Source: an uncultured delta proteobacterium
GTDB taxonomy: Bacteria > Desulfobacterota > BSN033 > UBA1163
Assembly: GCA_963708295.1 (NCBI GenBank)
Contig: CAVPSJ010000017.1
Span: forward strand, 384,001-448,000
Reading direction: 5' to 3'
DNA: 64,000 nucleotides
Of this stretch, positions 43,891-54,545 are shown piece by piece. How positions within the stretch are numbered: the first letter of the stretch is position 1; each line of letters opens with the position of its first letter. Both the position numbers and the translations under genes were made by a program. Below the pieces are notes generated by a model that was given only the letters and a program-made list of their open reading frames with translations, was not told the origin of the DNA and ran no database searches.

Positions 43891-44657
43891 GGATCTTTCC
43901 GTCCTTCAGGATTTCTCTCGGCCAGGTTCAAATAACTTTCTGCACCTCTCGAATGAATATCGTAAAGGAGCGCGGGTTTCCCGTAGCTGGGGGCTTCGCT
44001 CAGTCGAATATTTCGCGGGATGATCGTTCTGAATACTTTTCCTCCAAAGTGTTTCCTCACTTCCTGGGCGACCTGGTGAGCGAGGTTATTTCGGCCATCG
44101 AACATGGTGAGGAGAATCCCTTCAATCTCCAATTTTGGATTCAAGGACTGTTTGATCAGGCGAATCGTCTTGAGAAGTTGCCCCAGTCCTTCCAGGGCAT
44201 AGTATTCGCACTGAAGAGGAATGATCACGGAATGGGCTGCCGTCAATGAGTTAATGGTCAGCAGCCCGAGGGAGGGAGGGCAGTCGATGAAAATATAGTC
44301 GTACTCGGCCTCGACCTCTTTGACGAGCTGATCCAATTTTTTCTCGCGATCCTTTTCCTCGATCAGTTCCACTTCTGCACCGATCAAATCCGTGTTGGAA
44401 ATCACGACATCCAAATAGGCAAGAGCGGTCTTTTGGATCATTTCTCTCATTCCTGAGCCATGAAGCAGGGCCTGGTAAATGGTTCCATTGGACCCTTCTT
44501 TGCTTAAGCCCAGACCGCTCGTCGAATTTCCCTGCGGATCAATGTCGATGAGAAGGACTTTTTTCTCAGCGGCGGCGATGGAGGCGGAAAGATTGACCGC
44601 CGTTGTTGTTTTTCCCACTCCTCCTTTTTGATTGGCAATGCAGATCACTCTTGCCAT
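43866..44657 (-). CDS. parA: ParA/Soj ATPase
   Basis: [36 protein letters not shown]. Confidence 0.97.
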   Translation of the reverse strand: MARVICIANQKGGVGKTTTAVNLSASIAAAEKKVLLIDIDPQGNSTSGLGLSKEGSNGTIYQALLHGSGMREMIQKTALAYLDVVISNTDLIGAEVELIEEKDREKKLDQLVKEVEAEYDYIFIDCPPSLGLLTINSLTAAHSVIIPLQCEYYALEGLGQLLKTIRLIKQSLNPKLEIEGILLTMFDGRNNLAHQVAQEVRKHFGGKVFRTIIPRNIRLSEAPSYGKPALLYDIHSRGAESYLNLAERNPEGRKDPWQPREWP

Positions 44658-44812
44658 GAAGATCCCTGTGAAAATAGTGGAGCGTCTGAATCACGGGGGG
44701 ACGAATTCGTCGTCTGGAAGATCCGATATTCCCCCCTTCCGCGATTCCAGTATTCCACGCTCACCTTTATATAGCACAAAAAAGGGACGGATGGAAAGAT
44801 AAAGTTATGCCT

Positions 44813-45469
44813 TCAGCTCTTTTCAAAAAGAAGGATGGTTCTTTTGAAAGAACTGAAAGGAAGGGTCAGGGGGATGGTCCTTTGCAGTCGGTATGGGATT
44901 CCTTCTGTTCCGGGGAGAAGTTTCATTTCTTCATCCTCCACCCGACTTCTCATGGCCACGACTTTTCCTCCTGGTCTCAAGAAGGGCAAACTCAGGGCGA
45001 GAAGGGTTTGAAGATCGGAGAAGGCTCTTGAGAGGATGATATCAAATCGTCCCCCCAGGTTTCTGAGAATCCCCTTATCCTGGACACGGCCATGGATCGC
45101 TTCCGTTCCGTTTAAGCCGAGAATCCGGAGGATATGTCTTTGGAAATCGACTTTTTTGCGGACGGAATCAATCAGGGTGATCTCAAAGGACGGTTGAATG
45201 ATTTTCAAAGGAATGCCGGGAAAGCCTGCCCCTGACCCAATGTCCAAGATGAAGGCATGTTCGGGGAGATAAGGGTAGACGGAGAGGGAATCAAGAAAAT
45301 GTTTTAGAACGACCCCTTTCTCCGATCGGATGGCGGTGAGATTGATCTTTTGGTTCCATTTGAGAAGTTCCTTGAGATAGAGTTCGAAGGCTTCGATTGC
45401 TTTTTCATCTAAATCAATCCCAAAGGTCTTTGCTCCCTCCACGAGAAGATCTCTGTTTGCAGTATCCAT
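44813..45469 (-). CDS. rsmG: 16S rRNA m7G527 methyltransferase
   Basis: WNQKINLTAI, HFLDSL, DIGSGAGFPG, SRA. Confidence 0.96.
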   Translation of the reverse strand: MDTANRDLLVEGAKTFGIDLDEKAIEAFELYLKELLKWNQKINLTAIRSEKGVVLKHFLDSLSVYPYLPEHAFILDIGSGAGFPGIPLKIIQPSFEITLIDSVRKKVDFQRHILRILGLNGTEAIHGRVQDKGILRNLGGRFDIILSRAFSDLQTLLALSLPFLRPGGKVVAMRSRVEDEEMKLLPGTEGIPYRLQRTIPLTLPFSSFKRTILLFEKS

Positions 45470-45642
45470 TGACAGATTCATATCATAAAACCCTTTTTAT
45501 GAAAAGGTTTCAAGAGGGTGATTCTCATCCGCCTACGCAGGCCCTATCTCAGTTGATGCGAATCCATAAACGTGGTAAGTTATAAGCAAGATCTTGTCTA
45601 CACCATCAGCCCTGCGATTCGAAGGGAGAAGGGAGCTAAACG

Positions 45643-46362
45643 ATGATCATTCGAACGCTTATCGTGGGTTTGTTTATTTTGTTAACGGCACTTCCCGCAT
45701 CGGCCCAAATAGACAGACTCCTCAAGAGTCTTGGAGGAGATGAAAAGGGCGGCGGGCTGAGCGATGTGAAGATCGGTTCTGGCTTGAAAGAAGCGCTTCA
45801 GGTTGGCACTGGGAATGCCGTCAATGTAACCGGAAAGACGGACGGGTACTTCCTGAATCAGGTGATCAAGATTCTGATGCCAGAGAAACTTAGAACCTTT
45901 GAAAAAGGGTTGCGGGCGGTGGGTTATGGCCCGCAGGTGGATGAGTTCGTCCTGAGCATGAACCGCGCTGCCGAGAAGTCAGCTCCATTTGCCAAACAGA
46001 TTTTCTGGGATGCGATAGGGGAGATGACTTTTGATGACGTGAGAAAAATCCTTTCAGGAAATGACACGGCAGCGACCGATTATTTTAAAGGGAAAACGAC
46101 AGACAAACTTACGACTGTGTTCAAACCAATCGTTGACAAGTCCATGAATGAGGTGGGTGTGACCCGTCAGTACAATGAACTCGTCGGATATTACCAGAAA
46201 ATCCCGTTCGTCAAGAAGGAAAGTTTTGACATTGACCAGTATGTCGTGACCAAGGCCCTCGATGGGTTATTCCATATGGTAGGGGAAGAGGAGACGAAAA
46301 TCCGAAAAAACCCAACCGCCCGGACCACGGATCTTCTCAAAGAGGTATTTGGGAGTAAATAA
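45643..46362 (+). CDS. DUF4197 family secreted protein
   Basis: [39 protein letters not shown]. Confidence 0.9.
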   Translation: MIIRTLIVGLFILLTALPASAQIDRLLKSLGGDEKGGGLSDVKIGSGLKEALQVGTGNAVNVTGKTDGYFLNQVIKILMPEKLRTFEKGLRAVGYGPQVDEFVLSMNRAAEKSAPFAKQIFWDAIGEMTFDDVRKILSGNDTAATDYFKGKTTDKLTTVFKPIVDKSMNEVGVTRQYNELVGYYQKIPFVKKESFDIDQYVVTKALDGLFHMVGEEETKIRKNPTARTTDLLKEVFGSK

Positions 46363-46396
46363 AAAAATCACACTGAGTTGGAAAAGGGTGTAGGAG

Positions 46397-46433
46397 AATT
46401 GGCGGCTCCGATCACAAAATGGAGCCGCCAATT
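46397..46433. terminator. Hairpin between convergent genes
   Basis: AATTGGCGGCTCC / GGAGCCGCCAATT perfect 13-bp stem. Confidence 0.65.
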
Positions 46434-46455
46434 TATTCCCATCTGAAGTCATTTG

Positions 46456-46743
46456 CTATTTTTTGGGAGCTTTCTTGGCGGGCTCTTCTTTGGCCTCAAT
46501 ACTGTTCGCCTTCATAACATACTTGACGGTAACCTTGGCCCCCACTTTCAGGGTCCCTGTGACCTTCGTATCCTTGTCATAGGCAAACTCCCACTTATCT
46601 TTTCCCTTTTCGACAACGAGATGGTCGCCATCTGCCTCCAGAACCGTCCCTGTCCACTGATAGTCGGCCTTGGGGGGGCGAGCAAAGGCGATAGCCACTA
46701 CGATCAACAGTACCACTCCAATCACTACGATGAGCTTCTTCAT
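46456..46743 (-). CDS. Small secreted beta-rich protein
   Basis: SD AAGGAGG, signal peptide, YQWTGTVLE..LKVGAKVTVKY. Confidence 0.8.
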   Translation of the reverse strand: MKKLIVVIGVVLLIVVAIAFARPPKADYQWTGTVLEADGDHLVVEKGKDKWEFAYDKDTKVTGTLKVGAKVTVKYVMKANSIEAKEEPAKKAPKK

Positions 46744-46887
46744 ATAGATCCTCCTTCAATTGGATTTTAGTCACCCATTCTTAAATGGGGCTAGAAAATT
46801 GTCAAGATATTTTTAGGTGTCTCCCCACCTTGGAATTCGTGTTCGCCTTATTCAAACATTTCGGGAGTGGCCACACACGATCGATAC

Positions 46888-48354
46888 CTAGCGCCTAGTG
46901 CCTCCTTTGAATATTGAGCCGAGCACTCCCCGAATGATCTGGCGTCCGAGCTGGCTGCCAATGGCATGAGCTGCGCTCTTGACGGCTGCCCCGATGAGTT
47001 GTTCTGCCTGAGACTTGGGCTCGGCGGTCCGGCGTTTCTGAGCCGCTTCCTCCTGGGACTCCGTCTTCATCTGCTCGGCTTTCGCTTTCAGTTTTTCATA
47101 AGCCGATTCCCGGTCCACGATCTTCTCATAATGTCCGAACAAGACCGATTCTCGAACAAAGCGAGTTCGCTCTTCCGGATGGAGGGGGCTCAATCGGCTA
47201 TGGGGAGGATAGACGAGCGCACGATCCACGATGGTTGGAGTTCCCTTCTCGTCCAAAAAGGATACCAGTGCTTCTCCGACTCCCAATTCCGTGATGGCTT
47301 TGACGACGTTGAGTTTTGGGTTGGAGCGAAAAGTCTCGGCGGCGACCTTCACACTCTTCTGATCCTTGGGAGTGAAAGCCCGGAGGGCATGTTGTACCCG
47401 ATTTCCCATCTGGCCCAACACGGTTTCAGGAAGGTCGAGCGGATTCTGTGTGATGAAATAAACGCCCACGCCTTTCGAACGAATGAGACGGACCACCTGC
47501 TCAATCTTCTCTCCCAGCGCCTTGGGAACGTCCTCAAAAAGCAGATGGGCTTCATCAAAAAAGAAGACCAGCCTGGGTTTCTCCGGATCGCCGACCTCAG
47601 GAAGCTGTTCAAACAATTCTGAAAGCAGCCAGAGGAGGAAGGTTGCGTAAATTCGGGGTGACTGCATCAACTTATCGGCAGTGAGAATGTTAATCATCCC
47701 TTTCCCCTCTGATCCGGTCTGCATCAGGTCTTCGATATTCAGGGCAGGTTCTCCAAAGTATTTGTCACCTCCTTGCTCCTCAAGGATCAGCAGGTTCCGC
47801 TGGATGGCGCCGATGCTGGCCGCAGAAATATTTCCGTACTGGGTCTTGAACTGTTCGGCATGGTCTCCCACAAACTGGGCCATAGCGCGCAGGTCTTTGA
47901 GATCGAGGAGCAAGAGACCGTTGTCGTCCGCGATCTTGAAGGTAATACTCAGCACACCGCTCTGGATTTCGTTGAGGCTGAGGATACGGCCCAGAAGCAG
48001 CGGCCCCATCTCCGAAATGGTGGTACGAGCCGGATGGCCCTGTTCTCCGAAGACATCCCAGAAGGTTACCGGAAACTCCTCAAACCTGAAATCCTTAAGG
48101 CCCAGTTTGCTCACCCGTTCGGTCACTTTTGGATTCTCCCCTCCTGGAAAAGGCAAGCCGGAGAGATCTCCCTTCACATCCGCCATGAAAACTGGGACAC
48201 CGATCTGACTAAACTGTTCGGCCAGTACCCGCAGGGTGACTGTCTTACCCGTGCCCGTGGCGCCAGCGATGAGTCCATGACGGTTCGCCATTTTCGGCAG
48301 CAAGAAAATATCGGTTTTTCCTCTTGCGATCAAAAGGGGTGGAGTCGTTGCCAT
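46888..48354 (-). CDS. DUF853/YjgR HerA-like ATPase
   Basis: [41 protein letters not shown]. Confidence 0.93.
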   Translation of the reverse strand: MATTPPLLIARGKTDIFLLPKMANRHGLIAGATGTGKTVTLRVLAEQFSQIGVPVFMADVKGDLSGLPFPGGENPKVTERVSKLGLKDFRFEEFPVTFWDVFGEQGHPARTTISEMGPLLLGRILSLNEIQSGVLSITFKIADDNGLLLLDLKDLRAMAQFVGDHAEQFKTQYGNISAASIGAIQRNLLILEEQGGDKYFGEPALNIEDLMQTGSEGKGMINILTADKLMQSPRIYATFLLWLLSELFEQLPEVGDPEKPRLVFFFDEAHLLFEDVPKALGEKIEQVVRLIRSKGVGVYFITQNPLDLPETVLGQMGNRVQHALRAFTPKDQKSVKVAAETFRSNPKLNVVKAITELGVGEALVSFLDEKGTPTIVDRALVYPPHSRLSPLHPEERTRFVRESVLFGHYEKIVDRESAYEKLKAKAEQMKTESQEEAAQKRRTAEPKSQAEQLIGAAVKSAAHAIGSQLGRQIIRGVLGSIFKGGTRR

Positions 48355-48616
48355 ACGGACCTCCAAGAACTTCCGAAGTTTAAACTACTAAGGTCAGTAT
48401 ATAGAATAATAATTTCCGTTGTCAATAATGGATAGGGGTTGCCCACCCCCAGTCTTTTCCACCCCCGCCCAAATATTTCTTCCTCTTTCATTTCTAAAAA
48501 ACCTAAAAAAGGTGTATATTACAACCTCTCTTAAATCGTGTCGAGAGATGATTTCTGATTTGTGTGATATTTATTGGGAATTTATTCATTTTGAATGGAA
48601 TTAAAATCTTGGCCCC

Positions 48617-48704
48617 TCATAACAACTTGCTTGACCCGACTGGGAATAGCATCTGTGTTTTTTGCATAGGTGGTTGCCCCTGCGGGTCAGCCATTTCGTT
48701 AGTC
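48617..48704 (+). mobile_element. attC site 1 of cassette cluster
   Basis: R'' TCATAAC; L'' GCT(T)GACCCG / L' CGGGTCAGC; R' GTTAGTC. Confidence 0.75.
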
Positions 48705-48718
48705 TGAAGGAAAAGCAT

Positions 48719-49633
48719 ATGAAAAAATGTCTTTTATACATGATTATTCTGTTGTTAATCCGTGATGTGGTTGTCGCTAATGATGCTGTAGATCCGACAT
48801 GGATTGGCATTGTCAGAATCGACGGAATCCTCGTTCCGATTGGAATATACAATAACGAGAAATGGGTGAATACTTGGCCAGAGACATCCATCGATGAACA
48901 ACCAGAAGTAGACAAGCTTGCAAAAGCTACAAATGGTAAGATGCAGCTTCAAGACATTCCTGCCTTATGGAAGGGACCTATTAAAGCGATACCGACCAAA
49001 GTGTATTTATGGTCTAGAGAGCCCATAGCAAAGAAACTTAACGTAATTAATAGCGAAAAGTATGGCTCTCATTGCTCGGGTGGCTGGGCGCTTAAAACAG
49101 ATTTGCAGCCCACGAAGGAAGTTGATTATTCTCCTACGCCCAAGGTGGGGATCGCAACCAACCACAAGTCAAACGTCATTCCTTTCGAAAGTTATAGGAA
49201 AGAGGATAAACTTCCTCCTTCATTGCTCAAAGCCATAAAAGCAAAATTCGATAGAAAGAATCCAATCGAACTGACGCATATTTATAAAGCGAGGAATAAA
49301 ATAAAGGGTGGTGTTCTTTATTTCATCGAAGCGCAACAAAAATACCCTTATTCAGATAATACGCAGAGCGCTGATTGTTATAATTTGAATGTTCTTAATA
49401 GCTGGGTGTTGTTACATGGTGACAAAATATCATTATTGAGTTCGGAATTTATTTCCACAGACTGCTACGGCAAGGAAATACACGATGTTGTCCCTAATGT
49501 TGTTATATCAGTACAGGGAAAACAATATGTCGTTTCTGAAAATTACGGTTATGAATGGGAGTTTTATACGATTCACCAGCTTCTTGATGAAAGTATGAAG
49601 GAAGTCTTAAGCGTTGGTGGCGGCGGTTGCTAG
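48719..49633 (+). CDS. Secreted hypothetical protein (gene cassette)
   Basis: Starts 14 bp after attC core; signal-like N-terminus; visibly lower GC. Confidence 0.8.
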   Translation: MKKCLLYMIILLLIRDVVVANDAVDPTWIGIVRIDGILVPIGIYNNEKWVNTWPETSIDEQPEVDKLAKATNGKMQLQDIPALWKGPIKAIPTKVYLWSREPIAKKLNVINSEKYGSHCSGGWALKTDLQPTKEVDYSPTPKVGIATNHKSNVIPFESYRKEDKLPPSLLKAIKAKFDRKNPIELTHIYKARNKIKGGVLYFIEAQQKYPYSDNTQSADCYNLNVLNSWVLLHGDKISLLSSEFISTDCYGKEIHDVVPNVVISVQGKQYVVSENYGYEWEFYTIHQLLDESMKEVLSVGGGGC

Positions 49634-49648
49634 CCTGATAACAGAAAA

Positions 49649-49708
49649 GACCAACTAGTGGGTCGAGTCCGACGCGCAAAAGGCGTGCGTCTCACCCGCG
49701 CGTTAGTC
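49649..49708 (+). mobile_element. attC site 2
   Basis: R'' GACCAAC; L'' GGGT(C)GAG / L' CTCACCC; R' GTTAGTC. Confidence 0.85.
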
Positions 49709-49737
49709 CAATAAGAAAATAGAAAGAGAATGAAATC

Positions 49738-49766
49738 TTGTATCTGTGTTGCGAGTGTGCTACACT
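49738..49766 (+). promoter_or_regulatory. Cassette-internal sigma70 promoter
   Basis: TTGTAT-17-TACACT, 6 nt before ATG 49773. Confidence 0.55.
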
Positions 49767-49772
49767 AGAACT

Positions 49773-50030
49773 ATGAAAAGCTCAGTCGTCCACGCACGCA
49801 TTGAACCAAAAACAAAGCAAAAGGCTGAAGGAGTCCTTCGGAAACTTGGCCTTACTCCAACGGAGGCTATCCGTATTTTCTACAGACAAATATCTCTTCG
49901 TGGTGGTCTGCCTTTCTCGGTCGCGATTCCGAATAAACTTACGGCCTCCACGTTGGAGAAGAGCCATCGGGGCGAAGACATTCAGGAATTCGAGTCGTTA
50001 GAGGCAATGTTCAAGGATTGGGAGAAATGA
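49773..50030 (+). CDS. dinJ: RelB/DinJ family antitoxin
   Basis: VHARIEP..AEGVLRKLGLTPTEAIRIF..GGLPF..PN. Confidence 0.92.
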   Translation: MKSSVVHARIEPKTKQKAEGVLRKLGLTPTEAIRIFYRQISLRGGLPFSVAIPNKLTASTLEKSHRGEDIQEFESLEAMFKDWEK

Positions 50031-50299
50031 AGAAGGTCTCCCAGACCAGACAGTTTTCCCGAGATGTCAAACGCATGCGAAAGCGAGGCAAGAATCTGGA
50101 GAAACTCCGAGGAATTGTCAAGCTTTTGGCTGAGGGTACCCCGCTTCCAGCAAACCACAGAGACCATCCGCTCACGGGACCGTGGCAACCATCACGCGAC
50201 TGCCACATTGAACCCGACTGGATCTTAATTTATACAACCGATAAGGAATCGCTTCGCCTGGAACGGACCGGCACACACAGCGACCTTTTCGAAAAATGA
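50027..50299 (+). CDS. yafQ: YafQ family mRNA interferase toxin
   Basis: FSRDVKR, DHPLTG, RDCHIEPDWILIY, RTGTHSDLF. Confidence 0.94.
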   Translation: MKKVSQTRQFSRDVKRMRKRGKNLEKLRGIVKLLAEGTPLPANHRDHPLTGPWQPSRDCHIEPDWILIYTTDKESLRLERTGTHSDLFEK

Positions 50300-50303
50300 G
50301 ATC

Positions 50304-50361
50304 GTCCAACAAAGCAATCCAGCCGATCGCTTACAGCTTCCGCTGATTTCTACCGTTACAC
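50304..50361 (+). mobile_element. attC site 3
   Basis: R'' GTCCAAC; L'' AAT(C)CAGC / L' GCTGATT; R' GTTACAC. Confidence 0.8.
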
Positions 50362-50424
50362 TTCCTTTCTTCCCATAGTCATCAAGGTTCAAGGTCACCT
50401 CGCACAAGGTCTGACGAGATGGCT

Positions 50425-50686
50425 TTAATCTCCAAGGACTTCTTTGTGAGTTCCAATTCCGGTGATCATAATTCCCAGTTTACTCCTTAAATAAGTCGCC
50501 CTGTAGTTCATCGTAATGCTAAATGCCCACTGCGTCCGTTCCCTTCAGCTTTTCATTTCTTAACCCTGGATAGGATGGATTTGCAATCAGTCTTTCGAGC
50601 TGCTCCCAGAACTTGATTCTGATTTCTTTGGGCAGATCATTCAGTCTTTTCAGAACGGTATCGGGAATGACGATATTAGTCGCCAA
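50425..50686 (-). CDS. RelE-like toxin (one frameshift; absent from ORF track)
   Basis: LPKEIRIKF..NPSYPGLRNEKLKGTD / WAFSITMNYRATY..IGTHKEV; overlaps antitoxin stop. Confidence 0.7.
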
Positions 50687-50951
50687 AGTGTTTTCGCGCC
50701 TCTTTTACGGACTTAAAAACTTTCATCTTCCCTTTTTCGAGGTCTTTTACGGACTGATTCACTTGGTCCTGCCATTCCTTGCTCCAAAACCATGCCTGGT
50801 CCCTGGGGATTTCTACCACAGGACGGATGACGATCTCGGTTCCCCGTGCCGTCACCTCGACCCGTTCGCCGACTTTCAAGGGAATCTTCCCTCTAACCTC
50901 TTCCGGTATGGTCACCTGATATTTTTCTCTAACCTTCACTGTCGTTCCCAT
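50676..50951 (-). CDS. AbrB/MazE family antitoxin
   Basis: KYQVTIPEEVR..GERVE..DQAWFWSKEWQ. Confidence 0.9.
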   Translation of the reverse strand: MGTTVKVREKYQVTIPEEVRGKIPLKVGERVEVTARGTEIVIRPVVEIPRDQAWFWSKEWQDQVNQSVKDLEKGKMKVFKSVKEARKHFGD

Positions 50952-51132
50952 AACATCTCTCTCCTTGGTATTACTGTATTACTGTAATATAATATATACA
51001 GTATTCATTTCTTTTTGTCAACCCTGTTTTTGTTTGGGGATCCATGTCGATGATACAGGAGGGAGGGGTCTATTTTTAATTTTTTGACCTCTCAAAGTGG
51101 TTTTCTGTTACAATGCCCGCAATTCCGGTGAT

Positions 51133-51169
51133 CCCCCTCACCCTCTCCCTCTCCCACGGGGGAGAGGGG
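51133..51169. repeat. REP-like element
   Basis: CCCCCTCACCCTCTCCCTCTCCCACGGGGGAGAGGGG. Confidence 0.6.
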
Positions 51170-51217
51170 AAGAGTGTGAAGCCTCTCCCAACAAGGGAGA
51201 GCGGGAATGTGGACTCT

Positions 51218-52583
51218 ATGGCCAAAGCCAAAACCCATTTTGTATGTCAGTCCTGCGGATACCAGGCCCCTAAATGGTTGGGAAAGTGTCCGGGATGCCA
51301 GGAGTGGAACACTTTCGTTGAAGAGCGGGTGATTGAGGAAAAAGTTCCTGAACGAGACCTCCTCGGTTTTGAGAGCAGAGGCTGTTCCGACTCCTCTCAC
51401 CGAAATCGTAGGCGAAGAGAGAGGAAGGTTTCAGATCGGGATCGGAGAATTTGATCGGGTCTTGGGAGGGGGGATTGTGTTCGGGTCAGTGATCTTGGTC
51501 GGAGGCGATCCGGGCATCGGCAAATCCACCCTTCTTCTTCAGGTGATGAACCGTTTATCATTAAGAGGGAAAAAAGTCCTTTACGTCTCCGGAGAAGAAT
51601 CGCTCCAGCAGACCAAGATGAGGGCGGATCGGTTAGGAGTTTCCTCCGAACATCTCTTTGTGGTCTCTGAAACATCTTTAGAAAAAATTCTCCAGGACAT
51701 CCAGACGCTCAGACCTTCAACCGTCGTGGTCGATTCAATTCAGACGATTTATTCCTCCGAACTTCCTTCGACACCCGGATCGATCAGTCAGGTCAGGGAG
51801 GCGTCGAGCCGGTTGCTCTATCTGGCAAAACATCTCTCCATTCCCATCTTTCTCGTCGGTCATGTGACGAAAGAAGGTTTTATCGCAGGGCCAAAGGTTT
51901 TGGAACACATGGTCGATACGGTTCTTTATATTGAAGGAGAAACCACTCACGCCTTCCGAATCCTGAGGGCGGTTAAGAACCGTTTTGGCTCCACCAATGA
52001 AATTGGGGTCTTTGAGATGAAGGATTCCGGATTGGTGGAAGTAGTCAGCCCCTCTGAATTCTTCCTTTCTGAACGGACCCAGCCCGCCTCCGGGTCAGTC
52101 GTCGTGCCCAGCCTGGAGGGTTCAAGGCCTATCTTGATCGAACTTCAGGCCCTGGTCGTTCCCACAAACTTCGGTATGCCACGGAGAACGGCCGAGGGGG
52201 TGGATGCGAACCGTGTCTCCCTGCTCGTTGCCGTCATGGAGAAAAGGTTGGGGATTCATCTCAATAGTCAGGACATTTTTCTCAATATCGCCGGCGGAAT
52301 GAAGGTGGAGGAGCCTGCGGCTGATCTGGGGGTGATCGCCGCCATTGCCTCAAATTTTAGAGATAAGGTGATTGATCCGGAAATGGTGGTCTTCGGAGAA
52401 GTGGGGCTGGGAGGAGAGGTGAGAGGCGTCAGCCAATCAGAGGTCAGGGTGAAAGAAGCGTCGAGGTTGGGATTTAAACGATGCCTTATGCCGAAGCAGA
52501 ATCAAGAAAAGGTGAAGGGAATCAAGGGCATCGAATTGATCGGGGTCAACTCCGTTCAGGAAGTGATGAAAGTGCTGTTTTGA
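51218..52583 (+). CDS. radA: DNA repair protein RadA/Sms (frameshift near 51370)
   Basis: [28 protein letters not shown]. Confidence 0.96.
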
Positions 52584-52672
52584 TAAGTTTAAAATCACAA
52601 CCTGCGGCAGGAAGGTAAGGCTTGGAAGAAGCACAGATATTCAAGATGGAAATAGGTTGACCTTTACAGGTT

Positions 52673-52747
52673 GTCGTTGCGAACGGAGCGAAGCAATCTC
52701 ATGAGATTGCCAAGTCATCCCGCTAATGCGGGACTCCTTGCAATGAC
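52673..52747. repeat. Palindromic REP-like element with nested ATCCCGC-GCGGGAC hairpin
   Basis: GTCGTTGCGA..GCAATCTCATGAGATTGC..TTGCAATGAC. Confidence 0.6.
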
Positions 52748-52848
52748 CGCATTCATTGTTCCATTTTGATTTTGTTTCGGATCGGTTCGAAACGGAGACT
52801 CCGCCCAATATTCGAGTCTTACGACGCCTTCCATTGAGAGAGTGTCTC

Positions 52849-54395
52849 ATGAAAAAAAGAACCATTGGATTACTTTTATTGCTCTTCATATTATTAGCGT
52901 CCTCCCAAGTTTACAGCCAGGAAAAACTCCCGAATCCCGGGGAGTTCTATGATACGTCCATGGCTCTCTATCATAAGGGGAACTGTGGAGAGGCAATCCA
53001 GGGCTTTTTAACCATCATCCGGTCTGCCCCGGCCAGCAAATTGGTCTCCTATTCCCGGTACATGATCGGGCTCTGCTATCTCAAAATGGAAAAATATGAA
53101 GAGGCCATTCGGCAATTCGAGCTCTACCTCAAAGACTATCCGGAGAGTGACCGCGGGAGAGGAGCCGAGAGAGGGATCCAGATTGCCAAGGACCGGCTGA
53201 AGGAAAAAGGGTTCGCGTCGCCCGACTCTTTCCGAGCCGGTCGTGCAAAAACCCTTTCCCGGCGAGAAGAAGGCGAAGAGACGGATTTGTGTTCAGGCCT
53301 CCTATTTTGAAGGAAAGACCTTCGAGGAAATCGAGAAGAGGAGTCAGGGCGTTGAAAAGTGCCGGTGTGAATACGATTATTCTCAGGGTCTTTCAGAACA
53401 GAGGAGACCGAGTGTATCCATTCGTTACCAGCGGACGTGAAGAGGGGGTCTATTTCAAAACGGATTATGCTCCCGTCGTGGCCGATCTCTTGGGGAAATT
53501 AGCTGAGATCGTTCATCGGAATGGACTCGAGATTTTTGCCTGGATGACCACGCGTTATGCCAATTACGGGCTGGAAGGTTCCCCCGGATATGTGTGTACG
53601 AAGTACAATTTTGAAACGAAAAAAATGGAAACGGCAAAGGGGTTCAATCTCTTTCACCCCGAAGTGTTGAAACGTCTTGAGAACCTATTCCGCGACTTGG
53701 GTCGTACCCCCATTGATGGAATCCTGTTTCAGGATGATCTGATTCTTAGGCATGATGAGGTTTTAGCCCCGAGGCCAACGAAGCCTTTCTGAAAGAATTT
53801 GGGTACTCACCCGATCCAGAACTCTTTTATAGCGGACCCGTACAAATCTGACTCCGGGAAATACTATGTCAGGGGTTACACGGATCGCTTCTGGGTTTGG
53901 GCAAACTGGAAGAACCGTTGGTTAATGAGCGTGGCCAAACGACTGATGGAGGCTTCCAGAGAAGTAAATCCGAACCTGCAATTTGCCATCAATCTCTATT
54001 TTGAATCCGTCCTCAATGACCTGAACGGCGTAGCTTGGTTCTCACAGACGCTCTCAGGAGCGTTGAGAAACAATTTTGACTATTATGCCGTGATGGCCTA
54101 TCATCGTCAGGCCATGAAAGATCGAAATATCGAAGCGGGAGAGGCCATCGGTTTAATGGCTGAGGCCACCCGAAAAGCAATCGAAGGGGTAGGAGATCCT
54201 TCTAAGGTGCTGATGAAGGTTTGGATTCTTGACTGGAAAAATAATGGAGTGGTCCGCAATGACCTCGCTCCGAAAAAAGAGATTGAGGATGCCCTCACTG
54301 CGATCTTGAACCGTGGTAAGGTGAGTCTCGCGTTTGTTCCCTATGTCGACCCATTCCCCGTTGAATCGTTCAAAGAGAAGTGGACCAATAAATAA
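52849..54395 (+). CDS. Secreted TPR + PgaB C-terminal-like glycoside hydrolase domain protein (several frameshifts)
   Basis: Signal peptide and TPR (YMIGLCY..YPES); VYF..PVVADLL, IFAWM, DGILFQDD, WFSQ, DYYAVMAY. Confidence 0.7.
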
Positions 54396-54545
54396 AATTT
54401 CAGATTTCAGATTTATGAGTAACCGGTAAGACCTGCCTTCACCGAACTGCTTGTCGAGTAAGTTTATTGCCACGGAAGAATTTCTCCCTGCGAGCAAGAA
54501 TTCGGAGTTCAACACTCATAACTCACAACTCATAACTGTAATTTG

